Origin: Vitrella brassicaformis CCMP3155
Lineage: Eukaryota; Protista; Chromerida
Length of the DNA stretch: 64,000 nt
NCBI GenBank assembly: GCA_001179505.1
Contig: CDMY01000267.1
Span: forward strand, 78,224-142,223
Direction: 5' to 3'
Part shown: positions 36,491-49,239 of the stretch, one piece after another
Numbering within the stretch: position 1 is the first letter of the stretch
Layout of the letters: each line of letters starts with the position of its first letter
Notes under the pieces: generated by a model
Database searches by the model: none
Seen by the model: only the letters and a program-made list of their open reading frames with translations
Told to the model about the DNA's origin: nothing
Made by a program: the position numbers and the translations under genes

Positions 36491-37044
36491 CTACCCAGAG
36501 AGAGGCCGAGGGTCTGTTCCATCCTGTGGATTGATTGGACCATAGTCAGATTTCGATCCGTTCGTTCATGGCTGATGTCCTCTGTCGGACACACGATGCG
36601 CAAAAACACCTAAGTAATCTAATGCGATCGTGGTGTACGTGGCTTGACGAGCAGAGAGAGAGAGAGAGAGGCGCAAAAGAGCCACAACAATAGTGGCAAG
36701 CCACACTAGAGGTCATGCAGGTGCCTTCGCACCACGCCACACCACTTTCTGTCCTCCGGTCGCCAAGCTGCCTTTGCTGAGCTCAGCCCCCTCCCACACA
36801 GACACCTCGAACACACCTCAGTCTTTCGGCTTTGAAGGCCTTGCATGCCCCACACCCACCCTCACACCCTCACTGTCTCCCTCCACCCCGCCATCCACCT
36901 GTGGATGGGACGGGATGGACGGATCACGCACACACAAAGAGTGTTGGGCTGACCCTACAGTAGTAAGTATACCAATTGATGAGTGGCATGAATCGCCTGT
37001 CTGTCTGTCTGTCTGTGTGCCTCTGCATGTGGGTGGGTCTAGAG

Positions 37045-40000
37045 CTAGGGAAAGTGCTTCCTCTCGTTGCGGAGCGACCTGATTGGGCAACCAACCAGAG
37101 ACAAGGAAGAAGACGATCTTGTCTCGCCTGCACCCCTGTGCTCCTCCCCCCCTCCCTCCCTCCCTCCCCCCTTCAGTTGCCTACCTGTCTCTCCGCTGTC
37201 TGACTTCGAGTGCGAGTTTCCACCTCTGGGCCTGGTCCTCGTCGCCATGAGCCAGGTAGATCAGATCCTCACGGTATCTGCACACACACACACACACACG
37301 GACACACGGACACAGAGTCCATGCTGGCAGGGCACACTGCTGTCTGTCTGTCTGTCTGTCCATGTGTGTAGCCATTACCTGCAGTCGGACGGCAGGACGT
37401 CCGTCCCCCCGACGGGCGTCAGAGTGGCCGGCTCAAAGTCATACAAACTCCAATAGCTGCACACGCACACATGAGCACCCACACACGATGCATGCGCTGT
37501 GCTGTGTGTCTCTCCCCATCCCCATACGACTCACACCACAGCGCACCCCGCCCACCCACCTTTTGCCGTCGAAGTGCAGCCCCTCCAGCCAGGAGCCCGT
37601 CACGCTCACCACACTCTTGCCATCCTTCTTGATGCTGCCACGCAGCGTGTCCACAGGCGTCCTCGGCAGCCCAAACAGCGGCCGACCGTCAGGCGCCAGC
37701 ACCAGAGTGCAGGTGAGCCCGTTAGCCCGGTCCTCAAACCGCAGTCGGTCGACCCACTCGAAGGTGCGCGCCCCCCATATGAGCCCGCTGAGCTTGGCTG
37801 CCGGCATGGTGTACTCGACGCGCCCGCCGTCATGGAACTCGACGACGAGCGGCCCCTCCTGTCTGCCGACCGCGGCGTTGCCCTTGAGCTGGCCCTTAAA
37901 CTCGTAGAAGCCCCAGAAGCGGAAGAGCCCGTCTGGCCCGTCGGCTTGGAAGTGAGAGATCGGTGGGTGGTGTGAGGTGTGCTCCATGAAGAGGTGCGAG
38001 CCGTCGCACCAGGCGGCCTGGAAAGTCTCGCCGAGGATGGGGTTGAAGGGCTTCAGTTGGCTGCACGCTGCAGCCATAACACAGGGGGAAGGAGAGAGGC
38101 AAATATGTGTGGTGGGTAGGTGGGCGCTCTCTCCCTCCCTCTCTCTCCCTCTCTCTCTTCCTCTGTGTCTCTTCCCTCACCTCTGTGCAGCCCCGCGACG
38201 CAAAAACTGATGACGTATTTGAGTCGTTCCAGCGCCTGATTGGGCCCTGGCGGCACCATGGCAGCCTTGCGCAGAAAGGTGGGCCCGAAGCTCCACTGGT
38301 CGCTTATCCGCTCCAGCCCCGACCGTGGCTCGAAGACCCTGACGGGCAGTGAGATGCTGACGATGTTCTTGCCCTCGAGCAGGGCCTGGCCGGCCGACTT
38401 GATGAGGTCCAGGATGACGCCCTTCTGCTTCTCCATCTGGGAGGCGTCGATGCACCTGAGCCCACCCTCGGGCAGACGCACCAGGCCGTGCAGCGGCCAC
38501 TCGCGGCGAGATGGACTACTGATGTGACATGAAGGGACGGAAGAATGTGAGATGAAATGCAGGCAGCGGCCGTCGTGTGCTGTTTGCTCACCTGTCGTTG
38601 CGTGGGTGCAGGTTGCTGCGTCTTGCTGACCCGCGCGTGCCCCCCGATGCAGAGGAGGCCTCCCCGCTGCGACTCCCACTGCCGTTGCCGCTGGCACTTG
38701 CGGCGGTGAGTGGCGAGGGGCACAGCCCGTCAGTCGACGTGGTGGTCGCACCCGCATGAGCACTGCCGCTCCTGCTGCACACAGCCGCCGTGCCCTCCTC
38801 CCACACCTCACCGACTCTCTGCATACGCAGACAGATCAATGAAGGAAACGCGCAGCACAGAGATGGCGTGATCCCTCTCTCTCTGCTGTGCGTCAGTCAG
38901 CCACTCACCTGTTGCTTGCCGATCGTGCCGTTGATGGCGTTGTGATCGTGTTCGTGCTGCGGGGGAATGCCCGGGGCCACCAGAGTCAGATACCTAAGCT
39001 GTCCGATCGCCCGTGCCCTGGTCAGCAGACAGGCCTCCTCCCCCCAGTCGGGCACCCACCCACCGAAGGACACGCTGCCTACATACGTCAAGCGGCACGC
39101 ACTCGCACCCCCACCGCCCCCNNNNNNNNNNNNNNNNNNNNNNNNNNNNNNNNNNNNNNNNNNNNNNNNNNNNNNNNNNNNNNNNNNNNNNNNNNNNNNN
39201 NNNNNNNNNNNNNNNNNNNNNNNNNNNNNNNNNNNNNNNNNNNNNNNNNNNNNNNNNNNNNNNNNNNNNNNNNNNNNNNNNNNNNNNNNNNNNNNNNNNN
39301 NNNNNNNNNNNNNNNNNNNNNNNNNNNNNNNNNNNNNNNNNNNNNNNNNNNNNNNNNNNNNNNNNNNNNNNNNNNNNNNNNNNNNNNNNNNNNNNNNNNN
39401 NNNNNNNNNNNNNNNNNNNNNCCTCCCCCTCCCCCTCCAGTGACAGGCCGTGCCGCCCACAGCTCATAACCCTCCGCCTTGATGGCCTTGGCGGCCTCCA
39501 GCGGAGCGATCGGCACATCGTCGGACGCCCCCACCAGAGTCGACTCGCCCGACAGGCCAGCAGTGTTGCCCCGTGCAGGCCAGCCGCCCACCCATTCTGC
39601 CACCGATGGCTGGCCGCCGCCATTGCCCCTCCCGAGCCAGTCGAGCCACGCTGTGCGCCTCTGTGGTTGCGGCGGCATGGAGGGGGCGGCAACCTGCCCG
39701 TGACGAGTGTTCCTCCGGCTGCGTGCTCGTGCCGCCTGTGCAGCGACCGTCGCGTTGAGTAGGCGTCTCTCCGCGTCGTCGCTCGTCTGCAATAGGATGA
39801 AGTAGGATCCGTCAGCCAAAGACCACCAGTACCTTCGCCGACACAGCCGACGCAGCCCCAGGCCGACGTGATTGCCGCCAGGGAGTGCCGCCGAGGACAG
39901 CACGGGCCGGAAGGTCTCGTATATGACATCGTTGTGCGCGTCGATGGTCTCGATGCGCTCGCTCTGCAGGTGCCCCGGGAGCCACTCACGTGTCCGCTGC

Positions 40001-43000
40001 AGGTCCATCAGCAGGCTGAAGACATCTAGAGGGGGCGAGAAGACCATGCAGGTGGCCTGCACCAGACGCGCATCGGGAGGCAGCCGGGCAGCCCCTGCGC
40101 GTGGGCTGGACGACTCCCATCGCTCGGCGTAGCTGTACTGGCGCGGCCCTGGGTGCCGGTAGCGGATGAACAGAGTCAGACAGAACACGCTGAGCAGGAC
40201 GGCCAATGCGCCGTGCCACGATGGGCTGGTCACCATGCTCTCGAAAACCCAGGCGAGAAAGCCGTCCGGTGCGCACAGGCTCGACAGAAAGGGGAGGATC
40301 AGCACCACCAGACACAGCCAGCCCAGCAGCCGCACGCAAGGCCCCCCGGCCATGCCTCTGCCATGACGCCGCGCCCCCCCGAAGACCCTCCACGTGTGGA
40401 GATCTGCGACCGACAGCCTCAGCCCCTGGTCGGCCTCGACGAGCGTCCCCTTGGCGTCCATTCTCTTGGCAGCCTTGCAGACCTCGTGCAGCGCCTCCTC
40501 GATGCCGTCAGACAGCTGGCCCACACTGGCGTTGGCACTCTTGCGCCACCACCATGGGTCACGATCACGGCTGTGGGTGGGTGGTGGCTGGCTCGGCAGA
40601 GGGAACCAGGGGGGGGATGCTGGCGCTGACATGTCCGACGAGGGGGAAAGGTCGTTCATCATGCCCTCATCGGAGGCCAGGGGGACCACCGGCAGCCGAG
40701 AAGGCACTGCTGCTGCTGCTGCTGCGGGTGGTGGTGGTGGTGCTGCTGCTGCTGCCGGTGGCGGTGGTCCTGGTATGGCCGCTGCGGTGTCCGGCATGTG
40801 TGGAGTGCCCTCCAGCCCCGGCCTGGCCCAGCTGGCGGGCAGGGCCAAGGACAGCGGCCCGCTGCTGCCGCTGCCGCTGCTGCTGATGATGTTGGCGGCT
40901 GAGGCCCACCTGTCCTGCCTGGGGGGGCCCGCTGTGGCCGTGGCAGACGCACCCGCGTGTGAGAGGGGGGCGGCTCTGTGTGTCTGTGTCTTGTGCTGCT
41001 CATTAGGAGGTCTGCGTAGTGACGTTGGGCTGGATGGAAATGGTGATGGGGAGGGGACCTGTGTGGGCGGCGCCGTGACGGCTGAAGGGGCGTAGGCGGG
41101 GAGGGAGGAGGCCGCCGTGGCCGCCCGCTGCATCCAACCCATCCACTGCTTGGTCGCCTCCACTGTCGACGCACTGCAGTCAGTGAGAGGGGTGACAAGG
41201 GAGGGAAGGAACCACACAATACAATCAATCCAATGTGTCCGTCCTCTGTCCTTCACAGAGGGCGACATGCATACGCTACGCACCTGAAGTGGAGGGTGCG
41301 CTTCCAGCCGGCCGATGACGTGACTGTCACGGCGAAGGCATGTGCCCTGCCGCTGACCTCCCCCGCCCATGTGACCTCGGCCCCCCTGAGAGGCACCCGC
41401 CCCCTGGGGACACTGTCCCTGGCGTCGCCGTAGTAGAACATGGCCGCGCCCCCCACACGCACCGTCACGTACCGACGGTGCCACGAGTAGCTTATCGGAC
41501 CCTCACCTGCAAAGTCACACACACACATACACCCATACACACACAGAGGGCGCAATTGCAAGACGGAGAGGCCAGCACCCTGTCTCTCTCTCTCTCTGTC
41601 ACCGAGTTTGAAGAGGTATCCGCATTTCGGTCGTCTGGTGGTGGCTGTGAGGGGTGGTGCGGCCCCTGCACCACCTGGCAGGGCGCGATGGGATGACGGT
41701 GTGTGTAGGGCGGTGGCCGGGTGGAGCGGCGGCTTGGGGGTCCCCACACGCGACGATGACCGGCGGAGACTCAGGCGAGATGACGAACGCCGATACTAAC
41801 AGACACAGGCAGATAGACACTGGGGTGTGGGAGCGTCTGTTCTCTGTTGTTCTGCCCTGTCCGGTGGTGGCTGACTTGACCTCTTCTAGTCGAAGAGACG
41901 GTGACCTGCCCAGCCGCCCACCTGCACCCATACACGCACAACACACACACCACTGTCGGCTTCCCTGTCTGTCTGTCTGTCTGTCTGTCCATCGGTGTCG
42001 TCTCAGCGTACGGTCTGTTCCGGTGGGTGATGCAGCTGCCTTGGGTGAGCGTCGCCTCCTGGATGATGGCGAGCCCATCCCAAGGCCACCCTCGATGCCC
42101 ACGACCTCCACCTCGCCGTCCTCGTCCTCTTGTGGCTCGGGGGTGGTCGGGTTGGCCTCCACGTTGTCGGAGTCCTCGTCAGAGGTGCGCTCCTTGGCCC
42201 ACGCCTGCACCCAGCACACCACACACAAGAGAGCAGGGCAGTGAGGCCCCTCTCTCTCTCTCTGTGTGTGTGTGTGCAGAGTACCCTGTCGAGCTTGGCT
42301 TTGACTTGCGCCTCGAGGGCTCGGATGTCCTCCAGCCGCATGCCGTGCCACTCATCCTGAACACACACGACAGGCAGGTGTGTGCAGTCAGCCATCGATA
42401 TACACAGACGGACTGTACTAGAGGTGGTCTGTCAGCCTTTCTCTCTCTCTCACCATCCAGCAGATGGCCTTCCGGTGGTACTTGAGCAGCGCGTTGCGCA
42501 GCAGCTTCTGCGTCAAATCCTCGATCTGACAAACAGACAGACAGACATAGACGCATGAGTTGTCTTGTTTTGGTTGAGCATTATCGTTGGTTGGGTGGGT
42601 GTGCGGGCGGTTGGCTTGCGTGCCTTGTTCTGGAACCCCAGGAGTGGGAAGTCGACGGCGATGACCTTGTAGCAGGTCATGACGGGGTCTGCCCGCGACA
42701 TCCACTCCTTCGACATGGGCGAAAAACCTATACACACATGACAATGACACGCACACACGACACGGACGTCAGTGCGTGTGTGCGTTGGCGCGTATTGTGA
42801 CCGATATCCCTCACTCACTGACTGACTCACCGGCCTTTTGTGATGAGAAGAGGGCGGGGTCTTCGTCTTCCCGGTACTCATCCGGCGGGATGGGATCGTT
42901 GACGATGTCTATCACATCAACCTGGGTGGGTGCAGACAGACAGACAGCCATATGGATGGATGGATGGATGACATCTGTCCTGTCGTGGTGTCTTGTGTCT

Positions 43001-43077
43001 ACTCGGGCGCACCTGTCTGACTCTGAGAGTCTTCTCCGGCAGGTCTAGAGGCTGAACACACCGCAGCCATAACCACA

Positions 43078-43112
<35 letters not shown>

Positions 43113-44004
43113 GGTGACGATCGAAACACTCCGGTGCTGCTTGTGGAGGTGGTGCTGGTCCTGGGAGGCGACCAGGTAACGCCCGTCACGTACGTTGTCG
43201 TGTGTGCACACTCCCGGGTGGTGCATGCTCTCCACAACCAGAGTCAGCCGAGGAAACAGCGGACACTGACACACACACACACACAAGTGTCGATCCACAG
43301 CCATAGATCTGTGGGTGAGGGCTGCCTGTCTGTCTGTCTGTCTGTCTGCCTACCGAGTATTCCGTCTTGCACATTGGGAAAGCGTTCCATGCCTTCTCCT
43401 CGAACACCTGCACGACATCGCATACAGCATCAGGCAGGCGGGCAGGACACACATGAGGAGACCAAACACACAAGACGGGACGGGTTCGTGTCGACTCAGC
43501 GCCCACCAGCCACTTTGGGTTCGCCAAAGACAGCACCCACTTGGGCAAATGACTGCAACCATTCACACACACACAACAGACAGACAGACAGACAGACAGA
43601 GAGGGGGGGGAGGGGCAAAAACAATACAACACAACACAATTTGCAGGCGGGCAGGCAGGCAGGCTGACTGACTGACTGAGTGAGTAGCTCATCTAACAAG
43701 AGCTGGCCTGGTCACGTGACCGTGCGCACCTCACCCTGCGATGGAGATGCGTTTGTGCGTGAATTGTCCGTCCCATGTGCCGTCTTTGAAGGGCTCGTTG
43801 GTGACAATCTCCACACCGTCGCCGCCAGCCGTGTCCTCCAAACTCGACTTGGCCACCATGTACAGCTGCGCTATCTGGTACTGCTGCAACCACAACCACA
43901 CACACACACGTCAGCCGAAATGACCGACACGAGAGAGCAGAGGCCATTTGCTCGCTCACCTCGAGTGACAGAGGCATCACCAGGCGGTATTCAACGGTCT
44001 TCAT
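37045..44004 (-). CDS. Multi-domain lipid-transfer protein: PITP - PH - TM hairpin/START - oxysterol-binding domain (ORD)
   Basis: PITP: MKTVEYRLVMPLSLE|QYQIAQLYMVAK, EKAWNAFP, YHRKAICWM|DEWHGMRLEDIR. PH: KCGYLFKLG..WHRRYVTV..EATKQWM. START: VFSLLMD..REW, RRYWWSLADGSYFIL, LTYVGSVSFGGWVP. ORD: SISLPVRVFEPRS, KPFNPILGETF, EHTSHHPP, WKLALEVRQR. The junction introns keep frame. Confidence 0.85.
39122..39421. other. Assembly gap (300 N) inside a START-domain exon
   Basis: Exactly 300 N flanked by C-rich tracts that encode poly-Gly on the minus strand. Confidence 0.99.
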
Positions 44005-45525
44005 GGCCCCAGGCCCTGGCGCCTGTCAGCGATGCTCCTGGTGCACAGAGTGTTTATTCTCCTGCAGGCCTTTGAGTCGCGGGAAAAAGTGGCACCTCAC
44101 GCTCCACACACAAAGGCTGCCAGTGCATTTTGGCCAAAGGGGAGAAAAAGAGAACACATTCCGAAGCTGAGCTCGCAGTCGGAGAATCGTCGGCTCGCAG
44201 CTGAGGCAAAGAGGGCGCCACCGGCTCCTCTCTGACCACGCTCGCAATCACGCCGTACTTTGATTCATCGGCAGCCCTTGCAGTGTTTGTGTGATTCCGA
44301 CTGCCCACAGAGCTTTGTGAAAGGAATGAATGCACCTGCCAGTGGACGCTTTGCAAACAAAGCTCTGACGTACCGCTGACTCGTTAACTGCTTCCCTGTT
44401 GTTGTTCTGTGCGCTGCTGTCTTGCCCCGGACAGACAGACAGACAGCCTTAAACCATCAAGTTCCTCACTGACGGCTGCCTGCCTGCCTGTCTGCCACAG
44501 TGTCAAGTTGGATATATTGCGGGACAGACAGACAGGATCGAGGCGTCTCTGTACAAAATATGATGCATGACACAGCCATGGGCGCGGCGCAGCTGGTTGA
44601 CTGACTGACTGACGCAAAAATAGATAGATACAGACAGCCCCTCCCCTCCGATCCACCCACACTCCACACAAATGTATGTCACTCACCCACAAACACTGCC
44701 ATCCAGCCATGGCCATCCATGTCTTGCGAGTCTGTCAGTGCTGGCCGCCTCAGCCATCAGCCGCAGTCAGCAATGTCACTCACTCCCCCATTTCACGACA
44801 GCAACCCGACACGCACACGGCCGCCAAGCAGGCACAGGCGGCTCGGCTCCCCTGTGAAGCATTGATCCATCCATCCATCCATTCCCTCGTGCCTTCACAT
44901 GTGCACCCATGGACTGGACGCACCCACATGCACTCCACCCAGCAACACAACACTAGCTGTCCCGCCCTCTCCCCCCACCAGCTGACTCACGCAGGCCTGC
45001 AGCCCCGACGTACACACACACACACACACATGCATACATCAGACCGGGAAAACAGACACGCCGGCAGTCAGGCAGCCAGTCAGGCGGGCGGCAAACAACC
45101 AGAGGGGTTCGTGCAGCTATGTAGGCTAGGCTAGGCTATGTGTGCAACTCACACAGTCAGTCGTAGGTTCGTTCCCCAGTAGAAGCTAGCAAGCCAGCCA
45201 GGCAGCCAGCCACTGACTCACTGACTCACTGACACGGACCGACCGAGCACCCACCCGCCCCCCTCTCCCCACTCAGTCATTCCTTCAGTCAGTGAGTGAA
45301 ACCCACCGCAGTCAATTCGCCAGCTACTATAGATGGATGGACAAACAATTGAGAATTAGACATACATACGGCAGTAAGTATACTGATACAACAAGCAAGT
45401 AATTCCCCTCCACCTGCCCCCCCCTCCCCCGCCCTGCTGCATGAACCCACTCATGGACTCACTGCTGCTGTCCTGTGCTGTGCTGTGCGAGCCATCCATC
45501 GCTCGATGAATGGATGGATAGGCAA

Positions 45526-47299
45526 TCACAGTATTCTCTGCAGAGTGCGTCGGTTGACCCGTGCACTCTGTGGTGCGGGGGGCGGCTGGAGGGGCTCAGC
45601 CAAGGTGGACCTGGACTCGGGAGCCTCGGATGACTGCTGCTGCTGCTGCTGCTGATGATGGCTTTGGGGCTGGGACGGCACTGCAGCTGCTATCGCCGCC
45701 GTCAGCGTACTCTCGGGAGACGACACCTGCATCGATGAGTGATGCAGACAGACAGACAGACAGAGGGGCTAATCAATGGGCGACATCTTACTCCTCTCCT
45801 CTCCCCTCCCCGCCACCCCGTGTGCCGTGTTGTGCTTACGCTTCCTTGTGGCTGGCTTGTGGTGGTGGTGGTGATGATTCTGTCCAGGTTGCCCTCGCTG
45901 CTCTGGGTGGACATGCGCGCGTCGCTCAGGCCGTCGGCCACCCCTCCTTTCTCCGACAGCAGCGCACCGCCACCACTCTGGTGGTGGTCAGTCGTCCGCT
46001 TGGTGGGCGGCACGGAGGGCGTCTTGATGGCCTCGATGTCCGCCGTGAATGAGTGTTTCTCGTCCTCCACGCCATACCTCGCCGCGAAGGCCTGGGCGCG
46101 CAGAAGCTCCATGGCGTCGCGCTTCTTGACGGCCTTGAGGTTGGCCGCTCGGCGGGGGTGCAGGGGAGTCGCCAACGTGCTGAGGGAACCATCCATGGAT
46201 GGATGGATGGATGATCACAGTAAGGTGTGTGGGTGTTTTGCAAACTCCCTCTCTCTGTCTGTCTGTCTTACTCGAGTCGGTTCTTTGATGCATGTGCCCC
46301 GGGCGCGCCCGTGCCACCGGTGTCTGACACACACACGGGACATTTGGACGGACACGTGACCCTTTTTTTCTGAAAGGACATCCTCACTCACTCACCCTTG
46401 GGCACCTCAAACCGACGACCTGCATGCGTCACAGACAGTGAATGAATGAACGAACGAACGCACACAACACATACTCACGGCGAGCAGACTGATCATTGCC
46501 TGGCGTGCTGGCTGTGCGAGTTGTGTTGCCTCACCCACCTAGCTGTCTGGGTGTTGTGGGAGTGCCCATGGCATCGCCCGTTCTGCTGCCGTTGCTGCTC
46601 TTCTGGCTCCCCAGAGGGCTCGGCAGGTCCTTCGGGCCGAGCAGCAGACCGTTCACACCGATCTTGACGTCAGACGCCAGAAACTCCTAGTTGTTCGCAC
46701 ACATAACACAGAGGCCATAAGCACGGAAGACCTCTCTGCCATGGTGGGGGCACGCAGGCAGACAGACTGCCGAGAAAGTGACCGCCATCATTCGGGCTCT
46801 TCTGACGATGTCCGTGGCTCTGGAGGGCTTGCTGTCGCCATCGGCGGATGAGCTGCCGACGCTCTCGCAGCTGCCCGACGAGTCGAACGGTGCCGCGAAG
46901 CGGCTGGAGGCGGTGACGTGCACCATGGGCGACTCGGTCGTCATGTGCCGGTTGGGTGTCGGGAACGCCGAACTGTTCGCCTGGCTTGGCGCTGCACACA
47001 CACACACAGACACACAGACACACACACGAGCAGCGGGCTCGCTATTGTCCGTCCGTCTCATGTGTTGTGTGTGAGGTGCGTTTGGTGACTGACTGAGTGA
47101 GTGGAGTGGTACCTCGGGAACTGCAGGGCGTCTCGCCACTCTCCTCTGGTATGGGATCAAGAGCCTGATTGAGTCATTAGCACACACACCGTCCCAAACA
47201 GCAGAGGAAGCAACAGAGAGCGGCCTTGGTTTTCGCTTCTCTTCTCCTCACCCATGTGAGATTGCTTCTCTTTGCTGCTTCTGCTCCTGCCGCTGCCAT
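45526..47299 (-). CDS. Ser/Pro-rich low-complexity hypothetical protein, multi-exon
   Basis: MAAAGAEAAKRSNLTW|ALDPIPEESGETPCSSR, EFLASDVKIGVNGLLLGPKDLP, AVKKRDAMELLRAQAF and a poly-Q last exon ending at 45526. Confidence 0.6.
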
Positions 47300-47470
47300 G
47301 CCGGGCTCACAAAAACAAAACCGCAATCTGTACTCAGCGAAGCGTACAAACCGGCCTGCGAGGCTCGGGGCGCCAAACCACCAGCGAGTCAGAAGTGCGA
47401 GCTTCCTGGCGCCTGCGTTTTTGAGCTCGCACCCCGCGACAAGGCAGATCTCTCGTTTTGTGGCTTGAGA

Positions 47471-48200
47471 ATGAAGCTCCCAGGGCTGCTTGGCCTGATT
47501 GGGCCATTCATGGCACTCACCGACGCCTTCGTCGTGCCGAACCACAATCACGTCAGAACGGGGAGCACACACAATGAGGGAGGGGATGCGCAATGACGCA
47601 CTCGGTGACCTGCCTGTTGATGTGTGTGTGTGTTTGCCACTTGCAGGGCCTGCAGCGACCCACGATAAGGCGGCATGCCCCCTCAAGGACTCTGAGAATG
47701 CAGGATGAGGTAAAGAGGCTGGCAGGGCAGCCGGAGGGCGGTGTCAAGGTTTGTGTGTCTTGCCTGCAGGCCGTGGCTGAGCCGCCAGCGCCCCCACCAT
47801 CTGCGGTCGCGCCGACCGCCCCGCCCGTCACATTCTCTTCACTAGAAGAGGTCAGTCAACATCTCAGCCACCTTATATCCCACTGTACGATTGTCTGTCT
47901 GTCTGGCGTTTGCGCAGCTTTTGACTTTGCTGAATGACGCGGGTCAGAAGTCGGGTACGATCAGCCAGCTGACGGGGATGGAGAAGTTCTTTGTGATGTC
48001 TGGTGGGAAGAAGGAGGAGTACTTTGCGCGGGGCAACGTCAAGGCGTGTATCTTCTACAAGGTGGATGTAGACGAGAGTGAGATCGGCTACCGGCCCGTG
48101 TTCTTTGTCATGGACGAGGGCATGGAGGGCGACATTGACGACCTCACACCCGCTGAACTCCAGCTCTACAACGAGTGAGTCAGCCACGGACGGAACACCG

Positions 48201-48252
<52 letters not shown>

Positions 48253-49239
48253 GGGGTGGATGGATGGATGGGGTTTTGGTTCATCTGCTGTCTGTCTGTC
48301 TGTCTGTCTGTGTGGTTGGATTTCAGGTGGATGGCTCCCGTGCAGAGCATGCAGATGGCCGCCGAGGCCAAGAAGAGGAGGCTAGAGGGATCCAAATACT
48401 CATACCCCGTAATCTCGCCCACACGCCCATATGCACCCACATGCCGCCCTCCACACATGCATCTTGGTGTCTGGTGTGGGTCATCCATCCATCCATCCCT
48501 TTCTCAGGAGGACAAGGACGCCGACCGAGCCGGTGAGGTTGAGATCGAGCGGTGGGTGGAGCGGGGCCTCCGCGACGAGTGGGAGAGCTTCGGCCTCTCG
48601 GCCGCCGGATGGTGGGACGAGAAGAGCCTCGAGACCTTCAGCAAACACGTCCTTGAGGGCGCCGAGGCGTCACAGCTGCAGAGCTGGTGGGAAAACTATG
48701 ACACCACCACCATGGCAGACGCTAAGAGGCTTAGGCAACAGGTGAGCAGGGCAGCCAGCCTGCACACGGGAGAGTGCAGTGCAGTGCCGCCGTGTGTGTG
48801 TGTGTGTGTGTAGGAGCTGTATGGGCGTATGAAGTATTTTGCGGATGAGTGGGGATTGCCGGACCCCGGCATGCCGGGGCCCGACGAGCGGCCCGTCGAG
48901 GCCATGTTCAAACTCTACAAACAGAAACTCGCACAAGTGGTACAATTACACACACACACGCTCTCCCTCCCTCCCTCCCTCCCTCCCTCACAACACATGC
49001 GCCTTCCCCTTCTCTCTGTCTCTGTGTGTGTGCAGGTGTCCGACTACACTGCCAAGTTGGAGACGGTGGTCAAGCAGACGGACCAGGATGTCGACACGTA
49101 CCTCGACAGGGTCACCACACTGCAGAAGCAGATGAAGGTCCAGATCAAGAAGATCCCACTCGCGCCATTCTTCGAAAACGTCGAGGAAACGCCCGAAATG
49201 AAGGCAGCCAAGTGGGTGGAGCAGAAACCACCCACATAA
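47471..49239 (+). CDS. Unknown protein with bipartite plastid-type leader, multi-exon
   Basis: MKLPGLLGLIGPFMALTDA|FVVP signal peptide (too short for the ORF track). Next exon GLQRPTIRRHAPSRTLRM is transit-like; further in-frame exons run to KWVEQKPPT* at 49239. Confidence 0.75.

Noticed and set aside
47115-47170. LDPIPE matching the PP2A-B56 LxxIxE docking motif
   Set aside because: Short motifs arise by chance in disordered proteins; needs orthologue conservation that I cannot test.
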